Shown here: positions 61,553-64,000 of the stretch, one piece after another
Numbering within the stretch: the first letter of the stretch is position 1
Layout: every line of letters begins with the position of its first letter
From: Chloroflexota bacterium
Lineage (GTDB): Bacteria > Chloroflexota > UBA11872 > VXOZ01
DNA: 64,000 bases
Assembly (NCBI GenBank): GCA_965221905.1
Contig: OZ244922.1
Location: forward strand, 2,880,001 to 2,944,000
Direction: 5' to 3'
Program-made: the position numbers and the translations under genes
The notes under the pieces: model-generated
The model's database searches: none
Seen by the model: only the letters and a program-made list of their open reading frames with translations
Told to the model about the DNA's origin: nothing

Positions 61553-61594
61553 ACCCTCTGTCCTTCGGCCCTGCGACGCGCTCAGGACGAACGG
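61553..61594. repeat. CTTCGACA-GCTCA family repeat carrying an unoccupied IS110 target
   Basis: Minus strand CCGTTCGTCCTGAGCGCGTCGCAGGGCCGAAGGAC. Confidence 0.65.
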
Positions 61595-61706
61595 TAGCTG
61601 ACTTTGGCCGTGGCATGCCGGCCATGCCAATCGGATACCGGCTCTTCTGACAAACCCTTGTTTCATCGTATTGGGTAGCCAGGCCACTCGAGTGCACCAC
61701 AGGCAA

Positions 61707-62300
61707 ATGCCGGAACAGCTTCGCAGTGATGCTACAGCCCTGCACCGCAAGGGCTCCCTGACGCTTGAGCGGCTGGAGCATGCGCGGCTAGAATCGCCCC
61801 GAGACCCAACCTTAACCGCCCCGGAATGGGAACTCCTCGCAGCATTTCAGCTCAACACGATGGATGCGGTTCGGCAGCGCATGCATGAGCGCGCCATGCT
61901 TGCCGCGTACGATGGCGCTCCCAGTGCGCTCACTGAAATGCGGATCGAGCAAGCACCGGCGTCAATGGGAGAAAAGGGTGTGCCAAGCCGCCCGCAGAAA
62001 CTCCCCGACACGAGGCAGGAAGCACAGTTGGAAACCACGCTTAGCTACGATCCGGATACACTCCGCGCAAGTCTGCGTTACATGGTTACGTGGCGGCAGG
62101 TCGAGCAGCTAGCGGACGGTCAACCGCTGGAGACTCAAGAGAACGCCTACCATGAAGTATCATTCGATGTGGACACGGGAAGGGTGACGCAGCGCGAGTA
62201 CGGCACGACTCTCAAGGCTCCCCAGCAAGCTACAGCACAACATGACGTTACGCTTGAAACAGTGGACCCGACCCTCTCGCCAACAACTGGGCTACACTAG
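61707..62300 (+). CDS. Hypothetical protein
   Basis: ~197 aa ORF in an otherwise empty gap, plausible composition, no recognised motif; start uncertain (track start 61671). Confidence 0.5.
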   Translation: MPEQLRSDATALHRKGSLTLERLEHARLESPRDPTLTAPEWELLAAFQLNTMDAVRQRMHERAMLAAYDGAPSALTEMRIEQAPASMGEKGVPSRPQKLPDTRQEAQLETTLSYDPDTLRASLRYMVTWRQVEQLADGQPLETQENAYHEVSFDVDTGRVTQREYGTTLKAPQQATAQHDVTLETVDPTLSPTTGLH

Positions 62301-62541
62301 ATGCCACGGCCTGCAACGAGTACGGATCTCTGCTGAAGTCTCGTAGGCGGAGATTCCGACGCCAGGAAGTTTTGGCGCCCGGTAAATCGATCCGATCGAG
62401 TGTCTTGGTCGATCCGCTTGCAGTGAGGTCGATTTGCTGCATTCGAGTTCACTGAAAACCGGAAGGCTGCTACTGGGCAGCTAGCCCTGCTCGCTACGTG
62501 CCGGCGTTCATTTTAGCCGGTCAAGTCATAGGCTATTGAGC

Positions 62542-63285
62542 ATGACCGAATTTCAAACGCTTCTCCTCTTTGGGGGCATGGTGACGTTCTTTGCGGCCAC
62601 CGTTGCCGGCATGACGGGGTTTGGTTACGGTCTCGTCAGTGTGCCGCTGCTCATGCTCATGCTGCCGCCGCGGATGGTTGTGCCTGCCGTCACAATGCAC
62701 ATCTTCCTAATCTCTCTGCTCATACTCTTGGAGGTCATCAAGCAAGTTGACGTACGGCGCATTTGGCCGCTGATGGTGACGGGCCTGTTCGGGTTGCCTC
62801 TTGGTATCTTTGTGCTGCTCGTCCTCAGCGAAGGTGCGCTCAGGACGATTGTCGGCGTTGTGATCGTGTTCTTCGCGCTTGCCTTGCTCTTGGGCCTCAA
62901 CCTTGAAATCAAGAACGAAAAACTTGCACTTGCGCCGGTGGGCATTTCGAGTGGACTGCTCGCCTCCGGTATAGCGATGGCTGGGCCGCCGGTAATCCTC
63001 TTCTTTACCAACCAAGGCATGCAAAAGCAGGTCTTTCGCGCAAATCTGGCTGCCTACTTCGTATTTCTCAACACCATTACCATTCCAGCTCACGCCGCGA
63101 GCGGGCTCATAACAGGAGAGGTGGTGCGCTATGCGCTGCTCTTTCTACCGACGCTTGTTGCGGGCAAGGTCCTTGGCAGCTTTCTCTCGCGCAAGGTACC
63201 GGAGGCGCTCTTTCACCGCGTGGTGTTGGTTGTCGTGCTCTTTTCAGGACTGCTCTCCATTACCTCCGGCCTGGGACTTTTCTAG
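62542..63285 (+). CDS. Sulfite exporter TauE/SafE family protein
   Basis: GMTGFGYGLVSVP, GPP, FRANL; several TM helices. Confidence 0.87.
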   Translation: MTEFQTLLLFGGMVTFFAATVAGMTGFGYGLVSVPLLMLMLPPRMVVPAVTMHIFLISLLILLEVIKQVDVRRIWPLMVTGLFGLPLGIFVLLVLSEGALRTIVGVVIVFFALALLLGLNLEIKNEKLALAPVGISSGLLASGIAMAGPPVILFFTNQGMQKQVFRANLAAYFVFLNTITIPAHAASGLITGEVVRYALLFLPTLVAGKVLGSFLSRKVPEALFHRVVLVVVLFSGLLSITSGLGLF

Positions 63286-63824
63286 CCGAAGCCGGTCTTA
63301 CGGAGCGTTTCCATGACTGCCTCCCAGCGTGCGGGATAGCTCTCATGGCTCATTAACGGCTTGAAGCCAAGCTTCAGGTAGATGTGGACTGCAGTCAGGC
63401 GCTCGTCGTCGGTAAGCAGTTGTACAGAGCGAAAGTTGCGCTCGCGGAAGCGGTGCAAGACCGCGAGAGAGAGCCAGTATCCCAGGCGGAAGCCGCGATG
63501 GTCCGGGTGGACGCAGACCATGTGCACCGTGCCGCGATCAGGCGGGTTCTGTTCATCGTGAAACGCGCAGGCAGTGCCCACTACGTCTTCACCCTTAACG
63601 GCGAAGAACATGCCGTCAGGATCGAAACCCGGCGCGGCAATGATGTTCTTGCGACACGCCTCGACGGTCCAAGAGGAGTTCATCGCCACCCCCACAAGCT
63701 CCGTCCAAAGCACCTCGTCGTTGGGCCGGTAGGATCGGATGCCGTAGGGTTCCGGCACCTGCATTGGGGGCAGATCGTCCAGATGGGGACGTTCCATCTT
63801 TAACTGTGGTCTTGAAGCGCTCAC
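63282..63824 (-). CDS. GNAT family N-acetyltransferase
   Basis: VHMVCVHPDHRGFRLG, AVHIYLKLGF; start set at GTG 63824 after GGAG (alternatives upstream). Confidence 0.82.
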   Translation of the reverse strand: MSASRPQLKMERPHLDDLPPMQVPEPYGIRSYRPNDEVLWTELVGVAMNSSWTVEACRKNIIAAPGFDPDGMFFAVKGEDVVGTACAFHDEQNPPDRGTVHMVCVHPDHRGFRLGYWLSLAVLHRFRERNFRSVQLLTDDERLTAVHIYLKLGFKPLMSHESYPARWEAVMETLRKTGFG

Positions 63825-64000
63825 TGCGCTACTCCTTGCCATGCGCTGTAGTTGGGTCATTGAAGATCGTACCGCCCCAGGTGTCCGCCGTCGGGCGGCT
63901 CCAGGGCGTGGGAATGTTTCGGTAGGGGTGCTTTCGCAATTCCTCTTCATCCAGTTCAATGCCTAGTCCCGGCGCATTTGGTATGCGTAACGTGCCGTCC

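Overview
GC-rich bacterial chromosomal window, most likely Chloroflexota (inferred from YFPETGH-type repeats, Tat-lipoprotein solute-binding proteins and the FtsH N-terminus). It carries about 47 CDS. These include housekeeping genes (mutL, recN, NAD kinase, ftsH, mutM, Hsp20, an M42 peptidase), a 19 kb co-directional catabolic/transport block (DegT aminotransferase, two DUF3604-like metallohydrolases, two GNATs, three amidohydrolases, an Aap/Bzt-type amino acid ABC transporter with a duplicated binding protein, a nitrilase), a surface-glycan locus and a cytochrome P460-family/Crp-Fnr divergon. Intergenic DNA holds three families of short palindromic (REP-like) repeats. The standout is an intact ~1.15 kb IS110 (IS621-like) element inserted at a CT core inside one repeat. 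Its non-coding left end reads as a bridge RNA whose guide segments match the repeat target and the element's own circle junction, and an unoccupied guide-matching target lies ~2 kb away. No rRNA, tRNA or CRISPR array was seen. Products are assigned by motif recognition only; no database searches were run.
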